A stretch of DNA of 24,809 bases from IMG/VR virus record IMGVR_UViG_3300021170_000278, positions 1 to 24,809 of that record; one strand, given 5' to 3'. This DNA is from a virus (lineage: Duplodnaviria > Caudoviricetes). Position 1 is the first letter of the stretch. Every line of letters begins with the position of its first letter. The notes below the pieces were generated by a model. That model worked only from the letters and a program-made list of their open reading frames with translations. It made no database searches and was not told where the DNA came from. Both the position numbers and the translations under genes were made by a program. Positions 15,248 to 24,154 of this stretch are shown piece after piece.

Positions 15248-17556
15248 GGTGTAGTTGCCTGTGTGATCTGAACAAGTATTCCGGCCCCGCCGGCGCCGTC
15301 CTCTGTCCAGTCCATTTCGAGTGTGTTGGTGCCCTGCAAGAATCCCGTCGTTATCGAGAAAGCGTGCAGCGCCAAGTATGCCGGGTCGCTGATCGCAATC
15401 ACCGTCGCTCCGTTAAACTTCAGGGTGAACGAATTGTCAGCCGCCGCGAAGCCTGTGATGGTTCCGGTGAGCGTCGGCCAGTTGAAGTTGAGCACCGTCT
15501 TGTAGGAGCCGGCCGCCGCTGTACCGCCGCCGCGCACGCCGATCCATCGCGTGTTGACGGGCGCCGTAACCCAGGTCGGGTTAGCCGCTATCTCTGCATC
15601 AGAGATCACGTACATGAGCCCCGGCGCTGTAGCTCCTGGATCGGCGCTGAGCGTGAGCTGCCAATGCGGGTCGATGTCGCCCTGATGCTGGAAAGGTCCC
15701 GTTGAGTAGACGGTAGGCTGCACCACTTGCGGTGCAAGACCGGCGTTGGCAATGAAATAGATGCACTCGAATAAATCGGTTGACCTTGGTGCGACAGTCA
15801 TGGTGATCGTGTTTCCGCTGAGGGTGTAATCGGGGCTTCCGCCGAGCGCATTCTGATACACACCGTTCAAAAAGAGCCAGACAGCCCACGGTGGCTGCGG
15901 TGTGAAGCTGAGCGTGAACACGAGGTTTCCGGACGCCGGCGAGTCGACGCCGTTCTTGGTGCCAGATGGCATCTCGCGGATGACTTGCAAGCCTGGTGAA
16001 GCCGCACTACTGACGGATGCCTGCGCTCCCCCGCCGCCTCCGGTTCCAGCTCCGATCGTACGGATTAGCCCTTCGAACCACTTGGTGAACAGGCCGATGT
16101 CCTGCTGATTGCTCAGCGTGATGGTGTAGACCATCATCTTGCTGGAGATGGGCCCCTGGGCGGCTAACTCCTCGCGGCCGTCGATCTGCATGACCGTGTA
16201 CGTCGCGTTGAGGCCGTGGTAGGGAATCACAACCGAGAGCTTCGCGCCCACCACGTAGCCGGTTCGCCAAGTGTCGTACGTGATGATGTCTGGAATGGTG
16301 TCAGACCGCGCCAGAAGGCCCGATGCAAGGGCATTTGCAACCGTGGGGTCAGAGATGCCCGGAACGCTGGTCACCTGCTCGTAATTGCCGCTGTCGCCTT
16401 CGAAGGCTGATCGAGAGGCGATCTCCCCGGCGTTCGATTGCACTACCCAGTTTTGCGTTGCCACTGCGGTGTTGCTTCCGCCGCCCGACGCCGGCGCTAT
16501 CGTGCCACCACCTCCTGCGAAAGCTTGATACGTGATGATGATCTTCTTGCCAGCAGCCGGTGCAATTTGTTGACCTTGCTGCATGCCGATCGTGTCTGGG
16601 CCCCAATACCAGGCCGCTTGCCCGGCCGGGTCTTTGAAGTATTGTTTGATAGTTTGGGAGACGCCATCGATAGTGAGTGTCGGCGGAACGGGGTTTGTTG
16701 GGTCCAGTTGGACGGCTTGCGACGTCAGCACCCAAAAGTCGTAGGCGCTCCCGGTTGTGACGTAGGTGTCGATCAGCGTTGTGTATTGCGATGCCTGGGG
16801 GAGCGGACTCGAGCTGCTATTCTGCGGTGGCGGCTGGCCCAGGGCGCTCGACGAGACGTACTGCACGTTGCGATAATCTTTCGTCGTGCGCGTGATCTTC
16901 ATCGTGCCGTCGTTCCATTCGGTACGCGATGCGTCCGATGGAACAGTGAGCGACCAGCCCAACGTGGCGCCAGATCCTACAGCAATAAAATGCAGGTCCT
17001 TATTTTCGTCCACCCACCACTGCGCGTTCACCATGTCGCGGATGGTGTCGAACGCTTGCGAGACGAGAATGGGCTCAAGCGCAATCGGCGCCGTGAGCGC
17101 ACCTGACACCACCACGTTGTTTGTCGTGATGCCTTCGCCCGCGAGCGCGGTTGCGACGATATCAGCGATCACCAGTGAGGCGAGCGTGTTTTGCTGGTAG
17201 GTTTTCTTTACGACGCGCCGGTCTGTGATGGTGGCCCAGTTGGAGCATGAACAGTGGTAATAGTTGACACGCGTGCTCTCAATCGACATTTCTTCGATCG
17301 TGTCGATAAAACCGGAGAACAGCAGCACACCGTCTTCGAGTAGCCGAAACGCCTGGCCGACTGCCGGGCGATTCGCGCCGGTGTAGCCCGTGTCCGGTTC
17401 CTTCAACGTAAATCGGCACGTCCAGCGCTGGTTGACGATCTTCGAGAACGTTACGGGCTGGCCGTGGCCCACCGGCCAGAGCAGCGCTGTGACGTCGGAT
17501 GTTGTGACGGGCGAGGTGTTGTGGTCGAAGATGAGCTGTAGAATGCCAGTCGCCAT
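15244..17556 (-). CDS. Tail hub/central fibre protein with C-terminal carbohydrate-binding-like domain
   Basis: Directly follows the tape measure; LLFSGFID, WWVDENKDLHF, DYRNVQYV hub-type motifs; E.PSG..NG...FTL...DYTLSG.TIT module; lectin-like end (DPHW...WIG...AADN...GTNTL). Confidence 0.75.
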   Translation of the reverse strand: MATGILQLIFDHNTSPVTTSDVTALLWPVGHGQPVTFSKIVNQRWTCRFTLKEPDTGYTGANRPAVGQAFRLLEDGVLLFSGFIDTIEEMSIESTRVNYYHCSCSNWATITDRRVVKKTYQQNTLASLVIADIVATALAGEGITTNNVVVSGALTAPIALEPILVSQAFDTIRDMVNAQWWVDENKDLHFIAVGSGATLGWSLTVPSDASRTEWNDGTMKITRTTKDYRNVQYVSSSALGQPPPQNSSSSPLPQASQYTTLIDTYVTTGSAYDFWVLTSQAVQLDPTNPVPPTLTIDGVSQTIKQYFKDPAGQAAWYWGPDTIGMQQGQQIAPAAGKKIIITYQAFAGGGGTIAPASGGGSNTAVATQNWVVQSNAGEIASRSAFEGDSGNYEQVTSVPGISDPTVANALASGLLARSDTIPDIITYDTWRTGYVVGAKLSVVIPYHGLNATYTVMQIDGREELAAQGPISSKMMVYTITLSNQQDIGLFTKWFEGLIRTIGAGTGGGGGAQASVSSAASPGLQVIREMPSGTKNGVDSPASGNLVFTLSFTPQPPWAVWLFLNGVYQNALGGSPDYTLSGNTITMTVAPRSTDLFECIYFIANAGLAPQVVQPTVYSTGPFQHQGDIDPHWQLTLSADPGATAPGLMYVISDAEIAANPTWVTAPVNTRWIGVRGGGTAAAGSYKTVLNFNWPTLTGTITGFAAADNSFTLKFNGATVIAISDPAYLALHAFSITTGFLQGTNTLEMDWTEDGAGGAGILVQITQATTP

Positions 17557-20500
17557 TAAAACTTCATCCCAGCCCGCCGCAACTTATCGACGATCGCATT
17601 GCCTACGGTGTCTGCGAGCTGTGGCACTCCGACCACTGATCCGCCGATATTGATCGTGATGCCACCCAGATTGCTGCCGTAGACGCTGGCCCCCGATGCG
17701 GTTGGATGGGCAAGAATATTTGTACCGGCTTTTGTTGCCGCGTCAATCTGGGCTTGAGTTTGCAATGCGAAACCGCTTGGCCGCGTCGTCGCCTGTGCGC
17801 CAGGCAAGTTTCCGAGAGCCTCAGCGGTGCGGTATAAGATATCGGACTGCACGGTGCTAAATTGCGACACGGCATTTGTGAGGCTGGTGAATTGGTTGGT
17901 GGAACCATAGACCTGGCTCGCGAAATCGCGCAAGTTGAACATGAGGTTGCCGACTTGCACGTTCATTGTCGCAAAGCCCTGGCCGGCCTTGTCGAGTTGC
18001 TGTTGCTGGTTGAACGCTGATTGGCTCGCAGCATCGAGAGCTGTAGCGGCCTTTAGCGCCGCGTCTGCGCTGGCTTGTTGCGCTGCCTTTGCGGCATCGA
18101 CTGTCTGCTTAAATTCAGCAGTCGAGATGGTTGTACCCTGGAATTGCTGAGAGAGAGTCCCGATGTCGGTCGTCATCTTGAGCATGGCTTGCAACAACGC
18201 GAGCTGGTTCGTGTGTGTCAAAGCCATGTCTACCGGCGCTTCCGGTGTCTGCGGGCCTTCGAGTAATGCGCGAGCGCTCACATTCGCGCTCAGGCCGGCC
18301 GCTTGCATAGCGGTTTCAAGGTCCGCAGCCTTGGCGTTGATATCGTTGATGGCTCCAAAGCTTTTGGCTTGGTTGATGAGGCCCTGAATTAGTGGCCCGA
18401 GATTAGAGCCACTGGTAGCCGTGAGCGGAATCGTGCCAGAGACCAATGATGCACCTGGGCCACCAGCGCCTGCCGAGTTGATGATTGTGGAGTATCCGCC
18501 GCTTACGGTTCCGGCGCTTCCAGCCGTGACGATTTCGCTCATGAGCTGGCCCATCATCCCGGCCGTCTTCGCCGCCGCCGCGTTGATCGCAGCGATGATG
18601 GCGTCGTTGTTCGCACCGCTTCCTCCCTGACCACCACCACCGCCGTTCGCCGCTATGATCTCCAAAATTTGCAACATCGCCGCGGCAGTGGCGCTGATAT
18701 CGCCGAGGAGCGACGTGAAATTCACGTCCATCGATTCGAGATGATAGAGGAGCTGAAGCAGAGGCAGTTGCTCAATGGTCACCTGGGCCGCTTGCGCCAT
18801 GATGCCTTCCATGGTGATGTCCATGCGCCGGGTGGATTCTTCGATGCGCGTGAGTAGCGTATTGGTGTGCATCAACTCGATCGCGCTGAAGATGGAAGCG
18901 ATGGCAGCTACAACAGTGGCGATGAGGTTAAAGTCAGCGACCATGGAAGCCGCTGAAGCGTGGATGCTCGCCGCGGCCTGCTGCGTAGCATCCGAGCTGG
19001 TTTTAGAAAAGTTGTTGATGGAATCGCCGAGGCTCTGAAACTCTCCCTTGAGTAAGTCGCCGTCACGAGTTACCGCGCTCGACACGTCGCTCATATCTGT
19101 GCTGATGTTCGTCGCGCTGTTGCCGATTGACGTTGCCATGTCGGACGCTGCACTAGCTGCTTGCTCGAAACCCTTTTCGACGGTGCCGCCGGCGCCGAAT
19201 ACAAAGTTGAACGCTTTATTGAAGTCTGAGAGGAGATTGGTGTTTTGCAGCAGAGCGTCTTTGAGCTCGCCCATCAGGTACTTGACAACTAACTCGGCAA
19301 TGCTCTTCTTGAGCGAGTCAAGCACGTTGGTCATCACTTGGCCAAAGTTTTGCCCGCTCACAATGGCATCGCCTATGCCTTTCGCCAGGCTATCCCACGA
19401 GGCACTGATTGCCTTCACCGTCCCGAGGTAGGTCTCCGCGAGTTGCGTATCCGCGCCCTGCTGAACGCCGATCGCGACCATTTGCTCTCTGATCTTGAGG
19501 AGCACCGAGGCGTCCTGGTCATGCAAGGCCGCGTTCTTATACTGGGCTGCGAGCATGTTGAGCTGAGCTTGGTAGATTAGTTCAGTCGCCGCGCCCTCCG
19601 CCTGCATTTTGTCGATTATTTGCTGCTGTGCGTCAGCGCTATCCTTGAACTTACTGAGCAGGTGCGCCCAGTCTAAATCGAGTTGTTCGGTTGAAATTCT
19701 CCCCGAGTCGATAGCGCGAGCCATCGCTCCTAAGCTGGCATCCAAACCTTTTTTTAGCTCGTCTGTACGATCGCCGAGCAGCTTCATATCGGCTTCCCAC
19801 TGTTTTGTGGGAGCCTCGGCGTCCTTGATTCCCTGAGTGATGGACGCCATTCCATTCTTCACAAAGTCAAATGGGAAGGCAGACATCGTACTCTTGATAT
19901 CAACGAGGTATCCATGGGCCTTATCCAATTGCGCGGAGAGGTCCATCTGCTTGGTGATCTCGTCCCACTTGGCATACTGCGCTACAACCGCTTCGAGGTC
20001 TGTTACGTGCCGCTGCCCGGCCGCGTCCAAGACTTCCCAGTGAGAGCGCGCAGCGTCGATGTCCTTCTGCATCGCCGCCATGAGTTGTTCGATTGGCGTG
20101 AGCTTTTGAGACGAAAGGAGTATCTGGTCGTTCAGTCCCTGGTAGCTGACAGCGGAATCGGTGATGTCGCGCTTGATGTTGCTGAGCGCTTGGTCTGCTA
20201 GGGTCTGAGCTTTAAGGTAATCGTTTTGCTCATCTACCCAGCGCTTCTGTGCTTCAGCCTCTGCGTCGGCCGCGGCCTTTTCGGCTGCTGCTCGATCCTG
20301 CGCGGCTTTGATCTGGGCTTGGGCGTGAGACCTAGCGGCAGCTTCTGCTTTCGCTGACGCCTGCGCTTCGCGGTCCAAGTCATCCGCGAGTTTGCCAGTA
20401 TACTGAGATGCCGCGGCCGCTGCTGGCGGAATCACTCCAAGCGCGCGCCCTAATGCTTCTAGTCCAGTGATAGCCGGACCGGCCCCCCCGAATAACAGCA

Positions 20501-22016
20501 TAGAGCTGGACATTTTGGATAGAAAGCCAGCAACGGTTTCCAACGCCGAACCAAGGGGACCCAAGCGCGGAATGAAACTCTCCACCCATGCAGCGAATTG
20601 TTTGCCGTACTCGATGAGCGTGTTTAACGCTTGCGAAACCTGCCCAACGAGACGTACAAAGTCAGTGAGGTTGTCGGCAAGGTTGCGGGCCGCCACCTGC
20701 ACCAAAGGGAGCGCCATGGTACCCACTTCTTTGAGGCTCTCTAAAAGACGCGAAAACTGATCCGCTACAGCGCTTACGGCTGCGCGAAACTCAGGAGATG
20801 TCTGCTCCAAAGCGACAAAGGCCGCCCCGAGTACAACAGCAGCAGCGCCGACAGCAATCAGTACGGGGGACACTGGCGCAAGAGTGATAGCGATAACGCC
20901 AATCGCCGCCGCGGCGAGTCCGGCAACTACAGTCAACGAGGTGAGAGCGATTGTAAAATCCTGGATCGATGCAGGCAACTGGCCGAACCACTCGGCAAGC
21001 TTTTCAATCGCTGGAATAACGTCACTCGTGATGAACTGCGTGAATGGAATGAAGGCCCCTGCTAGGGATTTGCCAACATCCTCCATCATGAAGTCCCAAG
21101 CATTCGCCATCTTCTGAATTTGCCCACTCAGAAGCCCCGCTTCTCGTTCAGCAATACCACGCGTCTTGATGAGTGCCGCCTGCAAAACCTCTCCGCGGGT
21201 GGGATCATCGAGAAGCTTAAACGCCTTGGTGACTTCCGAAGCTGCAACGCCCATAATGTCGCCCAGTGCTTGGGCGGATGTGCCAATGCCAGCCAACGTG
21301 CGCGGCATCACAGCGCCTGAGGAAATCATGCGGTCCATCTGATCCACAACGGTGAGAAAATCCTTGCCCATCGTTTTGGCAGAATCGGCCGCCAGCTGCA
21401 TCATCATCGAGGATTGCTGAGAGGAAAAACCCAGCGCATCCATGCGCGTCTGAGCGGTCAGAAGTGCAGGGAATGATAGAGCGTCTGTCTGCGCCAAGAC
21501 TTTTAAACGCTCGATCTGGTCATCAGCTTCTTTAGCGCTGCCGGTCAGTGCTGTAATTGCGATAGTTGCTTTCTGAACGTTGTCGAAGGCATGCAGCGCT
21601 TCGGTGGCCAGCTCGCGGAGCCCTTCGGCAATGAGCAGAGCTTCGCCGAGATGTTTGAGCGCTTCGCCCATGTCGCGCAGACTGCCCTCTGCTTCTTTCG
21701 CTGCATCGCTTGCGTGATGCGTGGAGGCTCCGAGGTCTTCGATATGAGGAGCTGCTTCGCCGGCGGAGTCTCCAGCGCTCTTTACAGCCGCGTCCAGTTC
21801 GGCGAGGCCACCGCCAGCCCCGGCACCTACATCCGAAAGCGCAGTGTTGAGACTGTTGAGAGATGCAGTAGCACCGTCCAGCGCATTGCCGAGCGCCGAA
21901 TCGATCGCTGCTCCAGCCGTCTGAGCGACCGCCGGGATTGATTGCAGCGTGTCTTCGAGAGGCGACAGGTCCGCACCAACTTGTAAGACCAGATCGCCCA
22001 AAGCGTCAAGCGGCAT
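17556..22016 (-). CDS. Tail tape measure protein
   Basis: 1486 aa, Ala-rich and helical, LGDLVLQVGAD N-terminus, ALTGSAKEA tape-measure core, hydrophobic central segments; between chaperones and hub. Confidence 0.93.
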   Translation of the reverse strand: MPLDALGDLVLQVGADLSPLEDTLQSIPAVAQTAGAAIDSALGNALDGATASLNSLNTALSDVGAGAGGGLAELDAAVKSAGDSAGEAAPHIEDLGASTHHASDAAKEAEGSLRDMGEALKHLGEALLIAEGLRELATEALHAFDNVQKATIAITALTGSAKEADDQIERLKVLAQTDALSFPALLTAQTRMDALGFSSQQSSMMMQLAADSAKTMGKDFLTVVDQMDRMISSGAVMPRTLAGIGTSAQALGDIMGVAASEVTKAFKLLDDPTRGEVLQAALIKTRGIAEREAGLLSGQIQKMANAWDFMMEDVGKSLAGAFIPFTQFITSDVIPAIEKLAEWFGQLPASIQDFTIALTSLTVVAGLAAAAIGVIAITLAPVSPVLIAVGAAAVVLGAAFVALEQTSPEFRAAVSAVADQFSRLLESLKEVGTMALPLVQVAARNLADNLTDFVRLVGQVSQALNTLIEYGKQFAAWVESFIPRLGPLGSALETVAGFLSKMSSSMLLFGGAGPAITGLEALGRALGVIPPAAAAASQYTGKLADDLDREAQASAKAEAAARSHAQAQIKAAQDRAAAEKAAADAEAEAQKRWVDEQNDYLKAQTLADQALSNIKRDITDSAVSYQGLNDQILLSSQKLTPIEQLMAAMQKDIDAARSHWEVLDAAGQRHVTDLEAVVAQYAKWDEITKQMDLSAQLDKAHGYLVDIKSTMSAFPFDFVKNGMASITQGIKDAEAPTKQWEADMKLLGDRTDELKKGLDASLGAMARAIDSGRISTEQLDLDWAHLLSKFKDSADAQQQIIDKMQAEGAATELIYQAQLNMLAAQYKNAALHDQDASVLLKIREQMVAIGVQQGADTQLAETYLGTVKAISASWDSLAKGIGDAIVSGQNFGQVMTNVLDSLKKSIAELVVKYLMGELKDALLQNTNLLSDFNKAFNFVFGAGGTVEKGFEQAASAASDMATSIGNSATNISTDMSDVSSAVTRDGDLLKGEFQSLGDSINNFSKTSSDATQQAAASIHASAASMVADFNLIATVVAAIASIFSAIELMHTNTLLTRIEESTRRMDITMEGIMAQAAQVTIEQLPLLQLLYHLESMDVNFTSLLGDISATAAAMLQILEIIAANGGGGGQGGSGANNDAIIAAINAAAAKTAGMMGQLMSEIVTAGSAGTVSGGYSTIINSAGAGGPGASLVSGTIPLTATSGSNLGPLIQGLINQAKSFGAINDINAKAADLETAMQAAGLSANVSARALLEGPQTPEAPVDMALTHTNQLALLQAMLKMTTDIGTLSQQFQGTTISTAEFKQTVDAAKAAQQASADAALKAATALDAASQSAFNQQQQLDKAGQGFATMNVQVGNLMFNLRDFASQVYGSTNQFTSLTNAVSQFSTVQSDILYRTAEALGNLPGAQATTRPSGFALQTQAQIDAATKAGTNILAHPTASGASVYGSNLGGITINIGGSVVGVPQLADTVGNAIVDKLRRAGMKF

Positions 22017-22371
22017 CGCGCCTCTTTCGTACCACTACTCCAGACATCGGACTATGCGCCCAGGCGCGCAGTTTCGCAATCTGCCGCTCTGCCGCGGGCG
22101 GTTGCGGAGCCTGCATCTGCTGCACCTCGGGAAACGGCATGAACTGCTCAAGGTGAAACGGCTGTGGCATCTGGTTCGTGTCCCGATGCGAGTTGAGATA
22201 CGAGCACGCCATAATCGCCATGTTCTGAGCGCGGCCACGTTCCCGCGCCTGGTACCGCTTCCACAACCGACTAATCTGATAGGGAGTAAGACTCCAAAGC
22301 TCGGCAACGGTCAGGCCCAGGTCTATCACTCCCGCGTCGAAGATTTGGAGCCAGGACTCCTCGAAGCTTAC
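22006..22371 (-). CDS. Tail assembly chaperone, second (T-like) part; probable -1 frameshift extension
   Basis: LGLTVAELWSLTPYQI motif typical of pre-tape-measure ORFs; -1 frame relative to the upstream chaperone, no well-placed SD/start (possible GTG 22329). Confidence 0.7.
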   Translation of the reverse strand, partial: VSFEESWLQIFDAGVIDLGLTVAELWSLTPYQISRLWKRYQARERGRAQNMAIMACSYLNSHRDTNQMPQPFHLEQFMPFPEVQQMQAPQPPAAERQIAKLRAWAHSPMSGVVVRKRRDAA

Positions 22372-22757
22372 TGCACGGCGGGCGCCGGCGTCGGAGTATT
22401 CATTGCCGCCAGCTCTTCCGCCTGCGCTTTCATTCCGTCGATGCGCGGCTTGAGAGCGATCATCTGGGCCATAACTTTTGATATTGCTTCCTGTAGCGCG
22501 ATGTTGAGCTCGGGCATCTGGTGCCAATCGACTTTGGACTTGAGGTATTCCAGGGTGAGCGTCTCCTTGTGCGCCACAGCCGCCTGTAGCATCAGGAGCA
22601 GCCGCTCGACGGCTTCCGCGCCGATGAACGTTCGGACTTCCTGGAGCTCGATGTTGTGGTTTTTCTTCAGGTCGATGACGTCGCCTGAGCGGAATTTTAA
22701 CTCGTATTTCTTGCCATCGATCTCGAAGACCGGATGGCTCTGGGGGTCATGTTGCAT
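22368..22757 (-). CDS. Tail assembly chaperone (G-like)
   Basis: FEIDGKKYELKF N-terminal motif; second gene upstream of the tape measure. Confidence 0.75.
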   Translation of the reverse strand: MQHDPQSHPVFEIDGKKYELKFRSGDVIDLKKNHNIELQEVRTFIGAEAVERLLLMLQAAVAHKETLTLEYLKSKVDWHQMPELNIALQEAISKVMAQMIALKPRIDGMKAQAEELAAMNTPTPAPAVQ

Positions 22758-22763
22758 GCGCTA

Positions 22764-22772
22764 AGCGTATCA
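22764..22772 (-). promoter_or_regulatory. Extended -10, leaderless start of the tail operon
   Basis: TGATACGCT-6nt-ATG(22757). Confidence 0.6.
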
Positions 22773-22814
22773 CGTCTAAGGTAAGTTTGTGAAAACCTTA
22801 GTACCGATGGGTGA

Positions 22815-22843
22815 TTGCACGGGTTGCGCAAGTCCTATAAGCT
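22815..22843 (+). promoter_or_regulatory. Promoter with operator box 6 (22821-22835) in the spacer, leaderless
   Basis: TTGCAC-GGGTTGCGCAAGTCCTA(17)-TAAGCT-6nt-ATG(22850). Confidence 0.8.
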
Positions 22844-22849
22844 ACAAGC

Positions 22850-23047
22850 ATGGAAAACACAAACACGAATCTCCATGACATCCAGTCCAAAGCCGATGCC
22901 TATCGCGCTATTAGGGCCTACGAAGCAGACCCGTCGGGAGTCGATACTTGTGATCTGCTCTGTGATGTGGCTGAATGGCTGGACCTGCCAAACGGCGAGT
23001 ACCAGACCGACGAATTGCGCGACATGATCGCTGAAGTGGAGGAGTAA
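22850..23047 (+). CDS. Small acidic hypothetical protein
   Basis: First gene of the inverted cassette; RA..AI.AY....DLLCD...W helical pattern. Confidence 0.75.
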   Translation: MENTNTNLHDIQSKADAYRAIRAYEADPSGVDTCDLLCDVAEWLDLPNGEYQTDELRDMIAEVEE

Positions 23048-23242
23048 ATGTCGCGCTCCACGCTCTACGCCATCCTGTGCGGCCGAATTGACCTGCCGGG
23101 CTACGAGGGCATCATTCGCACACTGAAAGGCGCTGGACTTGTGGCCGAACGCGCGCACATGCTGACTTGGATCGGCCCGGTGCTCTGCACCCCCGGCACC
23201 GAGTTCATCGTGACCGCCGACCGCTCCTTGGAGGTGAAGTGA
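23048..23242 (+). CDS. Small winged-helix-like protein
   Basis: GGAG SD; YE.II..LKGAGLV.E..H.L.WIGP resembles a wHTH C-terminal half. Confidence 0.7.
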   Translation: MSRSTLYAILCGRIDLPGYEGIIRTLKGAGLVAERAHMLTWIGPVLCTPGTEFIVTADRSLEVK

Positions 23243-23457
23243 TGGAATACGCGACCAGAACAGAAGTCGACCGCCAATGCCGAGAGTTGACACACCAAGT
23301 TAAGGATACCTTGGTGGTGCGATCCACCAATCTGTATTACGTCCGTCTTAATAGGACAGTGGGCTCACCAGAGACGCTAATGGAATGGCGGAAGTTGACG
23401 CGCAAGCGCGCTACTGAATGCGGCATGGATAGCCGGTTATTCGAGAGGACGATATGA
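23242..23457 (+). CDS. Hypothetical protein (71 aa)
   Basis: GGAGGT SD, TGATG coupling. Confidence 0.7.
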   Translation: MEYATRTEVDRQCRELTHQVKDTLVVRSTNLYYVRLNRTVGSPETLMEWRKLTRKRATECGMDSRLFERTI

Positions 23458-23651
23458 GCCGCAATCTAGGCCCCGACACAAGCACGGAGTTCGAGTTGGG
23501 CGAAATGGTTTCTTTCGATTACGAAGGCGAACGCCTCACCGGACGAATCGTTCGCGTTTACAGTACGCGGCTCGATTACCACGTCGAAGTTGACGGCAAC
23601 CGCTATGAGGTGTCGGTGCCAGACGACAATCCACGACGAGAGGCGAAGTAA
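23454..23651 (+). CDS. Small SH3/KOW-like beta-barrel protein
   Basis: FELGEMVSF......GRIVRV....YHVEVDG..YEV pattern; AGGA SD. Confidence 0.65.
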   Translation: MSRNLGPDTSTEFELGEMVSFDYEGERLTGRIVRVYSTRLDYHVEVDGNRYEVSVPDDNPRREAK

Positions 23652-23812
23652 TGCCACGCTACGAAGTACGCTTCTGGGTGAACGCGGAATCGCGTCACGA
23701 GATCCACGACATGCTCGAAGCCGCGTTCGCCGACCGCGACCTGAGCATCCGAGACATCACCAACATCCAGCCGGAAGAGGAGGAACAAGAGAATGAAGAC
23801 CGCGACAACTGA
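23651..23812 (+). CDS. Hypothetical protein (53 aa, not in track)
   Basis: TAATG coupling: MPRYEVRFWVNAESRHEIHDMLEAAFADRDLSIRDITNIQPEEEEQENEDRDN*. Confidence 0.65.
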   Translation: MPRYEVRFWVNAESRHEIHDMLEAAFADRDLSIRDITNIQPEEEEQENEDRDN

Positions 23813-23948
23813 CATTGAAGTTTTGACGGGCATGTACATGGACATACTGGCGATCAACCGGGCAACCGGGAACGTCGCAGCGCTGACGCTGTGCGACCTG
23901 CAAGCGGACTTGTGTCGCATCGCAGACGGTTTGGTCTGGGGAGGTTGA
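23793..23948 (+). CDS. Hypothetical protein (51 aa, not in track)
   Basis: GAGGAGG SD: MKTATTDIEVLTGMYMDILAINRATGNVAALTLCDLQADLCRIADGLVWGG*. Confidence 0.6.
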   Translation: MKTATTDIEVLTGMYMDILAINRATGNVAALTLCDLQADLCRIADGLVWGG

Positions 23949-23949
23949 A

Positions 23950-24024
23950 ATGATTTGGGTGCTGCTGTTTATCGCGGCTTTTGCGCTTGCGTTTTACGTC
24001 GGGCGTTTGTACTTCCCATCGTAG
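23950..24024 (+). CDS. 24-aa single-TM peptide (not in track)
   Basis: GGAGGT SD: MIWVLLFIAAFALAFYVGRLYFPS*. Confidence 0.55.
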   Translation: MIWVLLFIAAFALAFYVGRLYFPS

Positions 24025-24154
24025 CCCGCGTCTTCCGCCGTCTCGATCGCTCCACGCTGTCATAGCACAGCACTTCACGTTCAAACGTGCCGCGCTTCTT
24101 GGCGTCGATGATGGCCTGAGCGATACAGCCGATCTTTACTGTGTTTTCCGCCAT
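23969..24154 (-). CDS. Hypothetical basic protein
   Basis: Overlaps the end of 24136..24705; no recognisable motif. Confidence 0.4.
   Translation of the reverse strand: MAENTVKIGCIAQAIIDAKKRGTFEREVLCYDSVERSRRRKTRATMGSTNARRKTQAQKPR

Noticed and set aside
11827-17556. Diversity-generating retroelement target among the fibre genes
   Set aside because: No reverse transcriptase or TR/VR repeat pair seen in the window.
17935-22764. Many plus-strand ORFs opposite the tape measure and chaperones
   Set aside because: Antisense artefacts of Ala-rich high-GC genes with no SD or motifs.
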